A stretch of DNA of 64,000 nt from an uncultured Bdellovibrionales bacterium (lineage in GTDB: Bacteria; Patescibacteriota; Minisyncoccia; Moranbacterales; UBA1568): positions 8,926 to 72,925 of the forward strand of contig CAYVHS010000005.1 of the NCBI GenBank assembly GCA_964451495.1. The letters are read 5' to 3'. Position numbers and translations under genes: made by a program. Below are positions 19,905 to 29,551 of the stretch, piece by piece (within the stretch, counting starts at the first letter, position 1; every line of letters begins with the position of its first letter). The notes under the pieces were generated by a model. That model was given only the letters and a program-made list of their open reading frames with translations. It made no database searches and was not told the DNA's origin.

Positions 19905-20173
19905 TAAGAAATTATCACAAATCCATTTTCTTCCAGAACAGGCGCTATGTATTCCACTGTCACCTTTTTTACTTCTGCTAGCTGTGGCCCCTCAAGACAA
20001 AACGTCACAAATTGCTCGACAAGTACCTGTTCTCCCTGCGCCTCACATACAACATCCGTATCGACATTCTTGACCCAACCAGAAAGATTGAGTGTACCCG
20101 CAATTTTTTGCGCCGTGTGACGGAAAAACACATTTTGGACCCGGCCGCTGATTGTGATGTGCATGCGAATCAT
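19904..20173 (-). CDS. acyP: Acylphosphatase
   Basis: ISGRVQNVFFR, GWVKN, GPQLAEV. Confidence 0.9.
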   Translation of the reverse strand: MIRMHITISGRVQNVFFRHTAQKIAGTLNLSGWVKNVDTDVVCEAQGEQVLVEQFVTFCLEGPQLAEVKKVTVEYIAPVLEENGFVIIS

Positions 20174-20194
20174 AAAATACAGATAGGGACTGTG

Positions 20195-21046
20195 TTAATC
20201 AATAGCCCGTGGAGAGAAAGTGATGCCTACGGGACAGTGATCCGACCCCATAATATCCGGCAAAATGAACGCCTCTGTCACCTGATCCTTGAGGGCTCCA
20301 CTCACGAGCACATAATCGATACGCCACCCGCTGTTATTGGCCCGCGCATTACCGAAATGCGACCACCAACTATACTGTCCATTCCCTTGGTGAAACATCC
20401 TAAACGTATCCACGAACCCAGCATCGATAAAACGCTGAAATCCTTCCCGCTCTTCTACTGTAAATCCATGTTTTCCTTCGTTTTGTTTCGGATGAGCCAA
20501 GTCATCTGGTGTATGAGCGACATTCAAATCCCCGCAAAAAATAACGGGCTTTTTCTTTTCCAATTCCTGACAATGTGCGAGGAAAGCTGGGTCCCATTTT
20601 TCATGACGCAAAGGAATCCGACTCAGATCTTGTTTGGCATTGGGCGTATAGACCGTGACCACGAAAAAATCTGCGAATTCTGCCGTGATGACACGTCCCT
20701 CGTGCTGCGGATCACCATAACCGTCGGACTCGAAATGAAATGTCTCAATGATATGCTCCGGAAAACCGTTAGTGACTGAGAGGGGTTTTGATTTTGTAAA
20801 AAGAGCCGTTCCAGAATACCCTTTGCGCTGTGCCGAGTGCCAGTATTCAGTATATTCCGGCAGGTCTACCTCGGATTGTTCTTGCTGCGCTTTGGTCTCT
20901 TGCAGACACAAAATATCCGGCTGATATTTTTCCACAAACGGAACCAGTAAGCCCTTCCGGTGCACCGCGCGGATGCCATTCACATTCCAAGAGATAAGCG
21001 TGATCGGTTTATTCGCTTCCATAGTGTGTATAATTTGCGTACTCAT
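20195..21046 (-). CDS. xth: Exodeoxyribonuclease III / AP endonuclease
   Basis: SWNVNGIRA, LQETK, GYSG, GDLNVAH, GWRIDY, GSDHCP. Confidence 0.96.
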   Translation of the reverse strand: MSTQIIHTMEANKPITLISWNVNGIRAVHRKGLLVPFVEKYQPDILCLQETKAQQEQSEVDLPEYTEYWHSAQRKGYSGTALFTKSKPLSVTNGFPEHIIETFHFESDGYGDPQHEGRVITAEFADFFVVTVYTPNAKQDLSRIPLRHEKWDPAFLAHCQELEKKKPVIFCGDLNVAHTPDDLAHPKQNEGKHGFTVEEREGFQRFIDAGFVDTFRMFHQGNGQYSWWSHFGNARANNSGWRIDYVLVSGALKDQVTEAFILPDIMGSDHCPVGITFSPRAID

Positions 21047-21127
21047 ACTACCATTTTCATCGCTATCACCACAAGAGAGCATCATCCTACTCCCATTCAA
21101 AACTTGCCATATCACCCAAAGAATCCC

Positions 21128-21286
21128 GACCCATCAAAGCAATTTTTCAGCTCTGCTCCAGACTCACCGAGGCTTTCGATTATCGAAAAAAATCACCTCA
21201 CTCTACGGCGGGACACAGCTCTTTTTTCGAATCGAAAGCCTCGTCTCAAACAAGTGGAGCAACCACTGAAAAACTCTTTGAGGGTC
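21128..21286. repeat. 159-nt rod-like imperfect inverted repeat
   Basis: Nested pairs gaccc/gggtc, tcaaag/ctttga, tttttcag/ctgaaaaa, tgctcca/tggagca, cgaggctttcgatt/aatcgaaagcctcg, cgaaaaaa/ttttttcg. Confidence 0.8.
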
Positions 21287-21406
21287 AGACATGTTCGACG
21301 GCGGCCCCGAGAAGAAAAAGAAATGCTGAGGAGAAATTTTACAGAATAAAAAGAAAAATCGCCCTGGCCTAGAATTCTAGACAGGGCAATTTTTTGGGCG
21401 GTATCA

Positions 21407-21664
21407 CTACCGCCGCCACAGACGACGATGACTCGTCATAATGGCTTGTTTGTACATCAGCCTGACAATGGGAGCAAAAACATCGATTACCCACAAGCAG
21501 CCGAACAAAATAACCAGGCCGGAGACAATTTCAAGTAACGAAAAGGCCCACAAAAGGATGCTCAACAGAAGCGGGGGCAAAACAGTACATCCAACCATCG
21601 ACCAGCGCTCCTTGTTCGTGAGCGACATCACTTCACAACCATCACAATCGTACATCTTCTTCAT
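21407..21664 (-). CDS. Small hypothetical two-TM membrane protein
   Basis: 85 aa, two hydrophobic segments, SD AGAGGAG, terminator hairpin ~21355-21395. Confidence 0.6.
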   Translation of the reverse strand: MKKMYDCDGCEVMSLTNKERWSMVGCTVLPPLLLSILLWAFSLLEIVSGLVILFGCLWVIDVFAPIVRLMYKQAIMTSHRRLWRR

Positions 21665-21731
21665 TGTCCAATCTCCTCTGCTGTGCTGCGGTTATACAAC
21701 AAAAAAATTTAAATAACTAAATTTCATTATA

Positions 21732-22913
21732 CTACAAAATATCATTCCTGTCAATATTAGTGCCGTTTTTTCCCTTAAACGCGATAGAATCGAGCTCTGT
21801 GAATCGGCGATGCTTTTCCTCGATGGAAACATCGTCCACCATCCCCTTGGCAGCAGCCGTCCCGGGACGAGGTGAATACCAGGCGATAAATGTCTTGGCA
21901 AAATCAACCTGTTTCACGAGATCAATCGTTTCGTGAAATTGCGCCAGGGTTTCACCTGGAAAACCAACGATAATATCGGTCGTAAGTACAATATCCGGTA
22001 TCTGCTCGCGTATCCTCTCAATAAGCGCTAGATATTCCCCCACCGTATACCAGCGATTCATACGCTTCAAAACTTCATCCGACCCCGACTGAATCGGCAG
22101 ATGCAGCGTCCGATCGATATTTTCATATCGTGCCATCACGGCAATCAATTCGTCTGAAAAATCCCATGGATTCGAAGAGAGGAACGAAATATGTTTCAAC
22201 CCTGGTATACGAGCCACGTGTTCCAAAAGATGTGGGAAAAGTGTCGGAATGCGATGACGCCCCAAGTGCTTGACCATCACTGGCCGAACAGTCGTCCCAT
22301 CAGGTAGACCATATGACTCTTCTCCTTTCATTGTTTCCATGAGCAAATCAGCACCGTAAGAATTCACATTCTGACCCAGAAGCACGACCTCATCATAGCC
22401 TGCGCTGACTGCGTTTTGTACTTCTTCGATGATATCCTGAAACGGACGCGATTGTTCTTTGCCCCGAGAAAACGGCACGATGCAGTAGGCACAGTAATTA
22501 TTGCAACCATTGGAAATGACGACCGAGGCCCGCCTACCCTTGGCCCGCTTGGGTATATATTCAAATCCGACTTCTTCCATGGGCAAAAATTCTACATCGG
22601 GCAAACGCGACGTCAGCCGCTTCATCATTTTACCACCAGGCACGCGCGCTGCGGCGCCGACGAGACAACCTGTCACCACGATACGCGGAGACTTACCAGC
22701 CAGACGTTCACGGACACTTTTGATCATACCGTAGACTTTCTCTTCGGCTCGGTCTCGTATGACGCAGGTATTCAAAATCAGTACATCTGCTTCTTCGAGA
22801 TTTGCGGCGTGACGAAAACCGCGCGACGCATACAGACTCGCGATGCGCTCGGAATCAGCCACATTCTGCTGACACCCAAATGTTTTTATATAAAACGTTT
22901 CTTGCATACCCAA
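21732..22913 (-). CDS. MiaB-like radical SAM methylthiotransferase without TRAM domain
   Basis: TFGCQQN, NTCVIR, TGC, CNNYCAYC, LLGQNVN, QSGSD, DIIVGFPGET, YSPRPGT; ends before the TRAM domain. Confidence 0.85.
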   Translation of the reverse strand: MGMQETFYIKTFGCQQNVADSERIASLYASRGFRHAANLEEADVLILNTCVIRDRAEEKVYGMIKSVRERLAGKSPRIVVTGCLVGAAARVPGGKMMKRLTSRLPDVEFLPMEEVGFEYIPKRAKGRRASVVISNGCNNYCAYCIVPFSRGKEQSRPFQDIIEEVQNAVSAGYDEVVLLGQNVNSYGADLLMETMKGEESYGLPDGTTVRPVMVKHLGRHRIPTLFPHLLEHVARIPGLKHISFLSSNPWDFSDELIAVMARYENIDRTLHLPIQSGSDEVLKRMNRWYTVGEYLALIERIREQIPDIVLTTDIIVGFPGETLAQFHETIDLVKQVDFAKTFIAWYSPRPGTAAAKGMVDDVSIEEKHRRFTELDSIAFKGKNGTNIDRNDIL

Positions 22914-23028
22914 TAGTAGAACTTCGACAATATTCTCGTGAAATCACATCTTTATAAAATGTATTCTCATGCTCGGTCGAAGTTTCATTACCGAACAGAG
23001 ACATTGGCGCATTGTATCTGAAAAAACA

Positions 23029-24033
23029 TTACCGAGCAAGCCGTGTCTGCCCATTAACATCGAGAACGAGAGGAATATCGCGAAAGGATAATTCTTTGGT
23101 TTTCGGATCAAGTGTCATTTCCACCAAGAGCCCTCGCTTCGTATCCTCGCTGAAATACTGGTCAAAGATGAAATTGCCCAAAGAATAATAGATCGTCTTT
23201 CCATGATACTCTTCCTTCTCCTGTACAATATGTGGGTGCGAACCAATGATGGCATCTACCCCCAGATCGATGAACCGATGCGCTAGTTCACGTACCGATG
23301 ACTGAACGGGTTTGTATTCTACTCCCCAGTGCGCATACACGATAACAACATCGGCCTGCTCCCGAGCATCCGCAATATCAGCGAACGCCTTTTCTTTCCC
23401 CTGATAGACGAACTGATTATAATTCACGAAAGCGACTTTTATACCATCAACATCCTCGATATATATTCGCTTCTCTTCCGGAAGCGGAGAGCCGAAAAAT
23501 CCCACTCCTGCCACTTCAAGCAATCGCTCTGTATCTCGCACACCCGTCGTTTGAAAATTCAAGATATGATTATTACCGATATTCACAATATCGATATGAT
23601 TCTTTTTGAGCATAGCGGCTGTATCTGTAGGAAAAGTGAACACGTAATTTTTCGCTTCACCGATGATACTCGCCTCACTCACCGACTGACTCTCTGTGAT
23701 CGGTCCTTCGAGATTGGCCACGACAACGTCCGCGTTGCCTAGTACCTCTGTCACTCCACCCAAAACAAATTCATCGCCATGACGCGCTATAATTGTCCGG
23801 ATATACCGGTCAAACATCATATCTCCGCCAAAAATAATCTTGATCGCTGGTTTCTCTCGCGATACAATAGGCACCTCGTTTATTAGGTTCTCTGTAGTGG
23901 CAACCGATACTTTCTTTCCCAGCACCGACACAGCTGCTCCTGACTTGCCATAACGCATCACGACAAAAAAAATACCGAGCAGAAGTATCGCCAAAGAAAA
24001 AACAACAACGAAAAAATTTTTCAAAGAAAACAT
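23029..24033 (-). CDS. CapA/PGA_cap family metallophosphoesterase with N-terminal TM
   Basis: GDMM, NLEGP, GNNH, HWGVEY, GSHPH, YSLGNFIFDQ. Confidence 0.9.
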   Translation of the reverse strand: MFSLKNFFVVVFSLAILLLGIFFVVMRYGKSGAAVSVLGKKVSVATTENLINEVPIVSREKPAIKIIFGGDMMFDRYIRTIIARHGDEFVLGGVTEVLGNADVVVANLEGPITESQSVSEASIIGEAKNYVFTFPTDTAAMLKKNHIDIVNIGNNHILNFQTTGVRDTERLLEVAGVGFFGSPLPEEKRIYIEDVDGIKVAFVNYNQFVYQGKEKAFADIADAREQADVVIVYAHWGVEYKPVQSSVRELAHRFIDLGVDAIIGSHPHIVQEKEEYHGKTIYYSLGNFIFDQYFSEDTKRGLLVEMTLDPKTKELSFRDIPLVLDVNGQTRLAR

Positions 24034-24043
24034 ACTGTGTTTC

Positions 24044-25090
24044 TCAAACAGAATTCTTTTCGACAACGAGCTGTCCGCAGGCAGCCGCAATATCATCCCC
24101 CATGGTACGACGTCGAGTGACATCGACTCCCGCATCGCAGAGCTCTTTCTCAAAACGAGCGAAATCTCCAGGGAGACTATCTCGATACACGCTACCGGTA
24201 AAGTTATAGGGAATAAGATTAATACGCACCTTACCAACACGCCGAGCGAAACGGATGAGGGCGGCTGCATGCTTTTCAGTATCGTTCATCCGGGAAAGCA
24301 TGACATACTCGAACGTCAGATGTCGTCGTCTACTATCAAATTTTTGAAAATACTCTTTCGTCCAAACAACAAGGTCTTCGAGGAATCCATCAAATGAACT
24401 CGGCATCATATTTTTGCGCGTCACGGCATCGGCACTATGGAGAGAAACAGCGAGGCGGACCGGCGGCCACTCTGGATCTATAAGTATTTTCCGAAGCATG
24501 GGCAAAAGACCAACCGTAGACACGGTGATCCGTGTCGGACCCAGATCAGTATAAGTGAGGAGTATACGGAGCGCCTCTTTAACATGTTCATAATTTGCGA
24601 GCGGCTCACCCATGCCCATAAAAACGATATTGCTGATATGCTGGGGAAGCGTGGGTCGCTCAGTCAGAAATATTTTCCAAAAACGATACTGATCCACGAT
24701 TTCATCCGCTGTCAGATTGCGCGTAAACCCCATAGTCCCAGTCGCACAAAATGTGCATGCCATAGCACAGCCCACCTGTGAAGAAACACAGACAGTGAAA
24801 TGCCCCCTCGCATTCTGCATGAGCACTGTCTCGACGCGCTTACCATCTTGTGTTTCTACTACAGCCTTATACGTATCTTTTTTGATGCTTTCGAAAACGC
24901 GGATCTCACTCACTGCAAGAAACCGCACGTTTGCATGAAGCGTTTCTCGCATGATTTTTGATAGACTCGAGACATCGAGAAAATTTTTAAAAGCAGGAAA
25001 AAATAACGCCTCTTCCATTTGCTTGAAACGAAATGACGGGGCCTCCGGAAAAAGTGCTCTAAATTGTTCTCGACGTAAGGAAATTATCAT
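24044..25090 (-). CDS. rlmN: 23S rRNA m2A2503 methyltransferase
   Basis: CVSSQVGCAMACTFCATG, MGMGEP, SLHS, INLIPYN, DIAAACGQL. Confidence 0.95.
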   Translation of the reverse strand: MIISLRREQFRALFPEAPSFRFKQMEEALFFPAFKNFLDVSSLSKIMRETLHANVRFLAVSEIRVFESIKKDTYKAVVETQDGKRVETVLMQNARGHFTVCVSSQVGCAMACTFCATGTMGFTRNLTADEIVDQYRFWKIFLTERPTLPQHISNIVFMGMGEPLANYEHVKEALRILLTYTDLGPTRITVSTVGLLPMLRKILIDPEWPPVRLAVSLHSADAVTRKNMMPSSFDGFLEDLVVWTKEYFQKFDSRRRHLTFEYVMLSRMNDTEKHAAALIRFARRVGKVRINLIPYNFTGSVYRDSLPGDFARFEKELCDAGVDVTRRRTMGDDIAAACGQLVVEKNSV

Positions 25091-25224
25091 AACTGAGTAC
25101 TGTACCAGTATCTGAGCATCTGGTCAATTCCGTCCAGCGCCAAGATACGTCCATTGCTACCAAAAAAATACTGGCTATAGACGTATCCACAGCCACTCTC
25201 TATGCCATGAAAACATGCCATCTC

Positions 25225-25566
25225 CTACTGCAGATTTTCCCCTGAAAAGATATCTCGTTTTATATCTATGCGCTCTGTATGACTTTCGGCCATACGCTTC
25301 ACGCGATCGACTGTTTCGCGAAATTTTGCTTCCTTAAAATTGGTTTCCTTCACATAAGAATCCAAAAAGGCCTTTTTCTGTTCATCGCTCCAGCTGTATT
25401 GATGCAAGCTCCGGTACCACGCCACACTACTTAATCCTAGTACGACACAAAAACAAAAGAAAAAAAGCGCCTTATAGTGCCGATACCACGAAAACATCAG
25501 CTGTTTGGGTACATGCGCAAAACTGATTTTCCATTTTTTCAAAAAAGAGGGTGATGCCATATACAA
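25225..25566 (-). CDS. Hypothetical single-TM protein at the end of the pilMNO operon
   Basis: One TM; operonic spacing with the pilO-like gene. Confidence 0.6.
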   Translation of the reverse strand: MYMASPSFLKKWKISFAHVPKQLMFSWYRHYKALFFFCFCVVLGLSSVAWYRSLHQYSWSDEQKKAFLDSYVKETNFKEAKFRETVDRVKRMAESHTERIDIKRDIFSGENLQ

Positions 25567-25570
25567 AATA

Positions 25571-26338
25571 CTACTTTTTATCTACATAAACAATTGTATC
25601 GAAAACAGCTTCCAGCGTATTCTTTTCTTCTGGAACAATAACGGGAGTCTCTAAGGGCGGGGTACTAGCGGTACTTTCTGATGTAGCCACAAATGGATTA
25701 ATACCACTCCCTGAAGTAACCGGCAAAGAAGATGATGGACTCTCCTCATTCTCTTTCTGATGCATCTCCATTCCGACGACATCTAGAGCAAATGGGAGTG
25801 TCTCCATTTTATGGAGAAAATTGATAATATCAGCATACTCCCCAACCACAGAGACACCAAGATGTAAATACCGATCAAACGGAAGGGTATCAAAAATACC
25901 GGTTGCCTTTTTCTTCTCCGAAACAGCCGGCGTAGGAGCATCCGCATCGGCTGAACTCTTGGTCTGGGGCTTACCTACGACTACCTTTTTTTCAATGATC
26001 GAATTGCCTTCTTTCGACGCGATAGAAATCTCGGTGTTTGTCTCACGAGCGAGGCCTTCGAGAGTCTTGACAAAATCAACGATGTGATCTTCTTTGAGAA
26101 GAATATTCAAATGCTCCTCATCTGCCTGGATAACCCCAAACTGCTGCTCGAGCTCTGATAACTTACTGATCTGACGATCGCGATTTTCTCGACTCGTATA
26201 AAATTTCTGAATATCGTCCATTTTTTGAGAAATAGACTGTTTGATTGGCAAGATGGCAAACCACACAACGAGACCCATAGCCACAAACAAGATGAGCATA
26301 GTAGCAAAGGGGATGTGTTGTTTCTTGGAAAAATTCAT
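25571..26338 (-). CDS. PilO-like pilus alignment protein
   Basis: TM + coiled coil + VVGEYADIINFLHKMETLP; follows pilN. Confidence 0.75.
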   Translation of the reverse strand: MNFSKKQHIPFATMLILFVAMGLVVWFAILPIKQSISQKMDDIQKFYTSRENRDRQISKLSELEQQFGVIQADEEHLNILLKEDHIVDFVKTLEGLARETNTEISIASKEGNSIIEKKVVVGKPQTKSSADADAPTPAVSEKKKATGIFDTLPFDRYLHLGVSVVGEYADIINFLHKMETLPFALDVVGMEMHQKENEESPSSSLPVTSGSGINPFVATSESTASTPPLETPVIVPEEKNTLEAVFDTIVYVDKK

Positions 26339-26341
26339 AGG

Positions 26342-26908
26342 CTAGTTTTTACGGAGGCATTCTATCTTTATCGAAAAATCTAATTGAAATTCCACATTTT
26401 CTTCAGAAAAAAGATTCGAAATAGGGACGTTGACATCGCTAATACAATTGGATGCTTTGAGCCGATCTCCCAGTAAAAGCAAATCATCACGCTTGGCTGC
26501 TTTTCCGGTAAGCAATATCGTATATTCCTTGGTAGCCAACTGAGTAATCGTGATGCCCTCGGGCAATAACTCCCCCAAAAGCACAAATACGCCGGTAAAA
26601 TAGAGATGCCCATACTCCATCTTCCCGATAATATCAGCAGTTTCATTGGTACTACGGAATTTCTCTTCGTACTCACTTAATTTCTTGTCCTGTGAAAAAG
26701 CGGGGCTCGTAATTTCTGTTGCGGTCGTCTGATAATTTTTCAATTGAAAATCCAATATAAAATAAATCCCTAAAAGAACTCCTAAATAGAAACATTCGAG
26801 ACAAAAAATGAGGAGGAGTTGCCACAAGAAAAAACGAAAACGTAGACCGCTCTGAATCGCGGCCTTTTTTTCTTCCGGCAAAAGATTAAGCAAAGTCTTC
26901 ATATTCAT
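26342..26908 (-). CDS. PilN-like pilus alignment protein
   Basis: LNLLP motif, TM, LPEGITIT...LTGKA. Confidence 0.8.
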   Translation of the reverse strand: MNMKTLLNLLPEEKKAAIQSGLRFRFFLWQLLLIFCLECFYLGVLLGIYFILDFQLKNYQTTATEITSPAFSQDKKLSEYEEKFRSTNETADIIGKMEYGHLYFTGVFVLLGELLPEGITITQLATKEYTILLTGKAAKRDDLLLLGDRLKASNCISDVNVPISNLFSEENVEFQLDFSIKIECLRKN

Positions 26909-27980
26909 CCAAACCTCTTAAAGCCAACCCTATAGCTGTCGAATACTGTACCGAATGACCACGATCGATAAGCGGTATCTCCCGACCCAACCTGACATTG
27001 ACCCAAGGATTTCCTGATTCCACCAAACGGCCGAGTCTGCGAGACATATAGGGTAGCAATCCATGCATATTTGATCCACCACCACAGAGAACAATCGAAT
27101 CGATCTTGTCGGAGTATCGTAAGTGATTGAGATAAAAATCAATAGATTTTTCGATTTCGACGGCCATATTTTCAAGTACCGGTTGCGCGGCCTTGAGTAC
27201 CGGACTCTTCAGTGCGAGCGACCCCAGACCATGTTTGATTTTGATACTCTCGGCCTCATCAAAAGAGATATGCATCGATTTCGATATCGCATCCGTTACC
27301 ATCTGAGAAGAAAGCGGTACGCTCGATGTGAAGCATGGCGTACTCCCGATAGCAACGAGAAAACTCGTCCGGCGATCACCAATATCAACGATAAGTGTCG
27401 TACTCTTTTCATTTTTTTCTGGGAGAAGACTCCTGGCTTGAGCGATAGATTCGGTTTCCAATCCAATAACTTCCAGGCCAGCGCTTTCGAGTACTGCCTG
27501 AAACTGATCGACGACGCTTCGAGCCACCGCCACAACCAACACATTCATTTTACCCTTCTCTTGAACGAGATTGAGATCAAGAATCTCCCAATCATAATAC
27601 ACTTGGTCGAGTGTCAGAGGGATATTTGCCTCAATTTCCCATTTAATCGCTTCTTTTACTTCGTCTTTTTCCATTTTCGGCAAAGAAAGTACACGCAAAA
27701 AAGCTTTCGTTTCTGGAAGAGAACAAATGACTTTGCGCGTCTTAATTTTTTTCGGACCGGATTTTTCCAAAAGCTGTGTGACGGCCGATCGCACCGCATC
27801 GGCATCCATGATTTCGCCATCGATCACACTCCCAACGGGAAGTGGTACCGATCCAAAACTCGCTATCGAATCACGCTGCCCCGCACGATCAAGCCAGACT
27901 GATTTGATAGAAAGGTCACTCAAATCTAGCCCGAAAGAACTCGGAAAAAGATCAAAAATTTTCTTCTGGAAAATACTCAT
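26886..27980 (-). CDS. pilM: Type IV pilus assembly protein PilM
   Basis: FGLDLSD, IVDIG, LCGGGS, AIGLALR (actin-like fold). Confidence 0.9.
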   Translation of the reverse strand: MSIFQKKIFDLFPSSFGLDLSDLSIKSVWLDRAGQRDSIASFGSVPLPVGSVIDGEIMDADAVRSAVTQLLEKSGPKKIKTRKVICSLPETKAFLRVLSLPKMEKDEVKEAIKWEIEANIPLTLDQVYYDWEILDLNLVQEKGKMNVLVVAVARSVVDQFQAVLESAGLEVIGLETESIAQARSLLPEKNEKSTTLIVDIGDRRTSFLVAIGSTPCFTSSVPLSSQMVTDAISKSMHISFDEAESIKIKHGLGSLALKSPVLKAAQPVLENMAVEIEKSIDFYLNHLRYSDKIDSIVLCGGGSNMHGLLPYMSRRLGRLVESGNPWVNVRLGREIPLIDRGHSVQYSTAIGLALRGLDEYEDFA

Positions 27981-28045
27981 TTATTGTTCTATTTGTTTGT
28001 TTCTATCATACCATAGACTGAAACTTTTCAGCTACGAGAAAATCT

Positions 28046-29551
28046 TTATTCTTCTTCCCATAAATCCATCTCATACTGTGTCCCTGTTGGAAAATACGGT
28101 GGCGGGAAATAGAGCAAGCTATTGTCATAATACAAATTGCGCGTCGCATACCCCCAATCTTGACTGCCATTGGTCCAGGCAAATCCATACCGCTGATTCG
28201 TCGCGATGGCTCCATACACAGTAATAGACGTTTTATGGTCAGATGTTCCATAGTCTGACCGTCCCACTTTGCCTTGCTGAGCCAAAAGCGCCCCATCGAT
28301 ACGGAGATTCGTATCACTACTTTTTGGTATATCAATATTTTGTTGTCCGATGACACCGATAATATCGTTACCAGTGTATGTCGTGTAGAGCAAATCATTC
28401 GGGATATACACCGATGGCGACGCTCCGCTCAAAAGATTCGCAGCTACAATAGTGACTTTTTTATTATTGATTTGTCCTTCGAGCCAGAGATTATCTTCGA
28501 CGAAAATGACTCCATTACTGGGAATGGTATAATTGGCCAAACACTGTCCGCTACACGATGAGCACGTACTACCTCCAGATGTCCTTCTATATCCATTATT
28601 CGTACTGATATCATAGGTTGCGGGACTACCCGTCATGCTGGCCGCTGCCACCTTGCACATATCAAACGTCCCATTGGTCTTGAGAATAATACGCCGACCA
28701 ACATCATTCGAATCATTGGCAAAATACCGACTATTGCCCGTACCAGCCTGTGCCACCGTTTTCATATTTCCCAAATCACCCAAAACACCATTGAAATCTA
28801 CGGTTGGATTGGGAAATACTCTGCCCGCCTCAAAAACATCTGCTCTACTTGCCATAACACTCGGCGGCGTTTCCAGGGGACGAGCACTATCATTAACACC
28901 GCTACTCGGTGGCACGTTGACGTGCGTATGGACACCAAACTCACTACTCCCCGTATGATCGGGATCATTGTATGTCGAGACGGCACTCGATATGACATTA
29001 TGAGCCAATCCATCGAAACGAATGCCCTGATTAGAATGGACTTTACCAAATATCTCGGTCCCCTCGCCAAAACGCATAAAGTCATTGGCCAATACGGCAT
29101 TCTCACTCCATGACGGGCGTCGAAACCGAACAACTACCTTTCGTGTATCACTCGGATTTTTATACGTCCAACCAATCGATGTCACCGTGACAATCGTCGA
29201 CCCAGCCACCGGAGGGACAACCGTGATACTATATCTCCCCACGGCACCACCCAACGGGTCAGTATATTCGACTTCATACGCTGTCGTTTTCCCAAAAGGA
29301 GCCGATGAATTCCAAAATGCCTCTACTTGGGCGGCTGTCCGTCCGTCAACGACATGCGCCAAATACCACCGATAAAAATGAATGCCCGACTCGGCAATCT
29401 GAAAGGCCTGTTCACGACTATTGACTTGCATCGAATACTTCATTTGACCAACAACAAACGCGATGATAGAGGAAAGGAGGATCGAAACTACCGTCATAAT
29501 AATGATGCCGAACACGAGCGCAGACCCCTTGAGATATATTCGATTATTCAT
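28046..29551 (-). CDS. PilX-like minor pilin with large C-terminal domain
   Basis: KG/SALVFGIII lacking Glu5; QAFQIAESGI; GKVHSN; YFPPPYFP. Confidence 0.75.
   Translation of the reverse strand: MNNRIYLKGSALVFGIIIMTVVSILLSSIIAFVVGQMKYSMQVNSREQAFQIAESGIHFYRWYLAHVVDGRTAAQVEAFWNSSAPFGKTTAYEVEYTDPLGGAVGRYSITVVPPVAGSTIVTVTSIGWTYKNPSDTRKVVVRFRRPSWSENAVLANDFMRFGEGTEIFGKVHSNQGIRFDGLAHNVISSAVSTYNDPDHTGSSEFGVHTHVNVPPSSGVNDSARPLETPPSVMASRADVFEAGRVFPNPTVDFNGVLGDLGNMKTVAQAGTGNSRYFANDSNDVGRRIILKTNGTFDMCKVAAASMTGSPATYDISTNNGYRRTSGGSTCSSCSGQCLANYTIPSNGVIFVEDNLWLEGQINNKKVTIVAANLLSGASPSVYIPNDLLYTTYTGNDIIGVIGQQNIDIPKSSDTNLRIDGALLAQQGKVGRSDYGTSDHKTSITVYGAIATNQRYGFAWTNGSQDWGYATRNLYYDNSLLYFPPPYFPTGTQYEMDLWEEE

Noticed and set aside
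22920-22984. 9-bp inverted repeat between capA and the miaB-like gene (similar ones near 15528-15568, 25144-25187 and 32797-32836)
   Set aside because: Short stems with long loops and no shared sequence; could be chance or ordinary mRNA structure.
23029-24270. Long N-terminal extensions in the ORF track (capA, rfbC, exonuclease 50109-51131, uvrA copy 1, peptidase E)
   Set aside because: Extensions overlap upstream genes or regulatory DNA; downstream starts match family N-termini.
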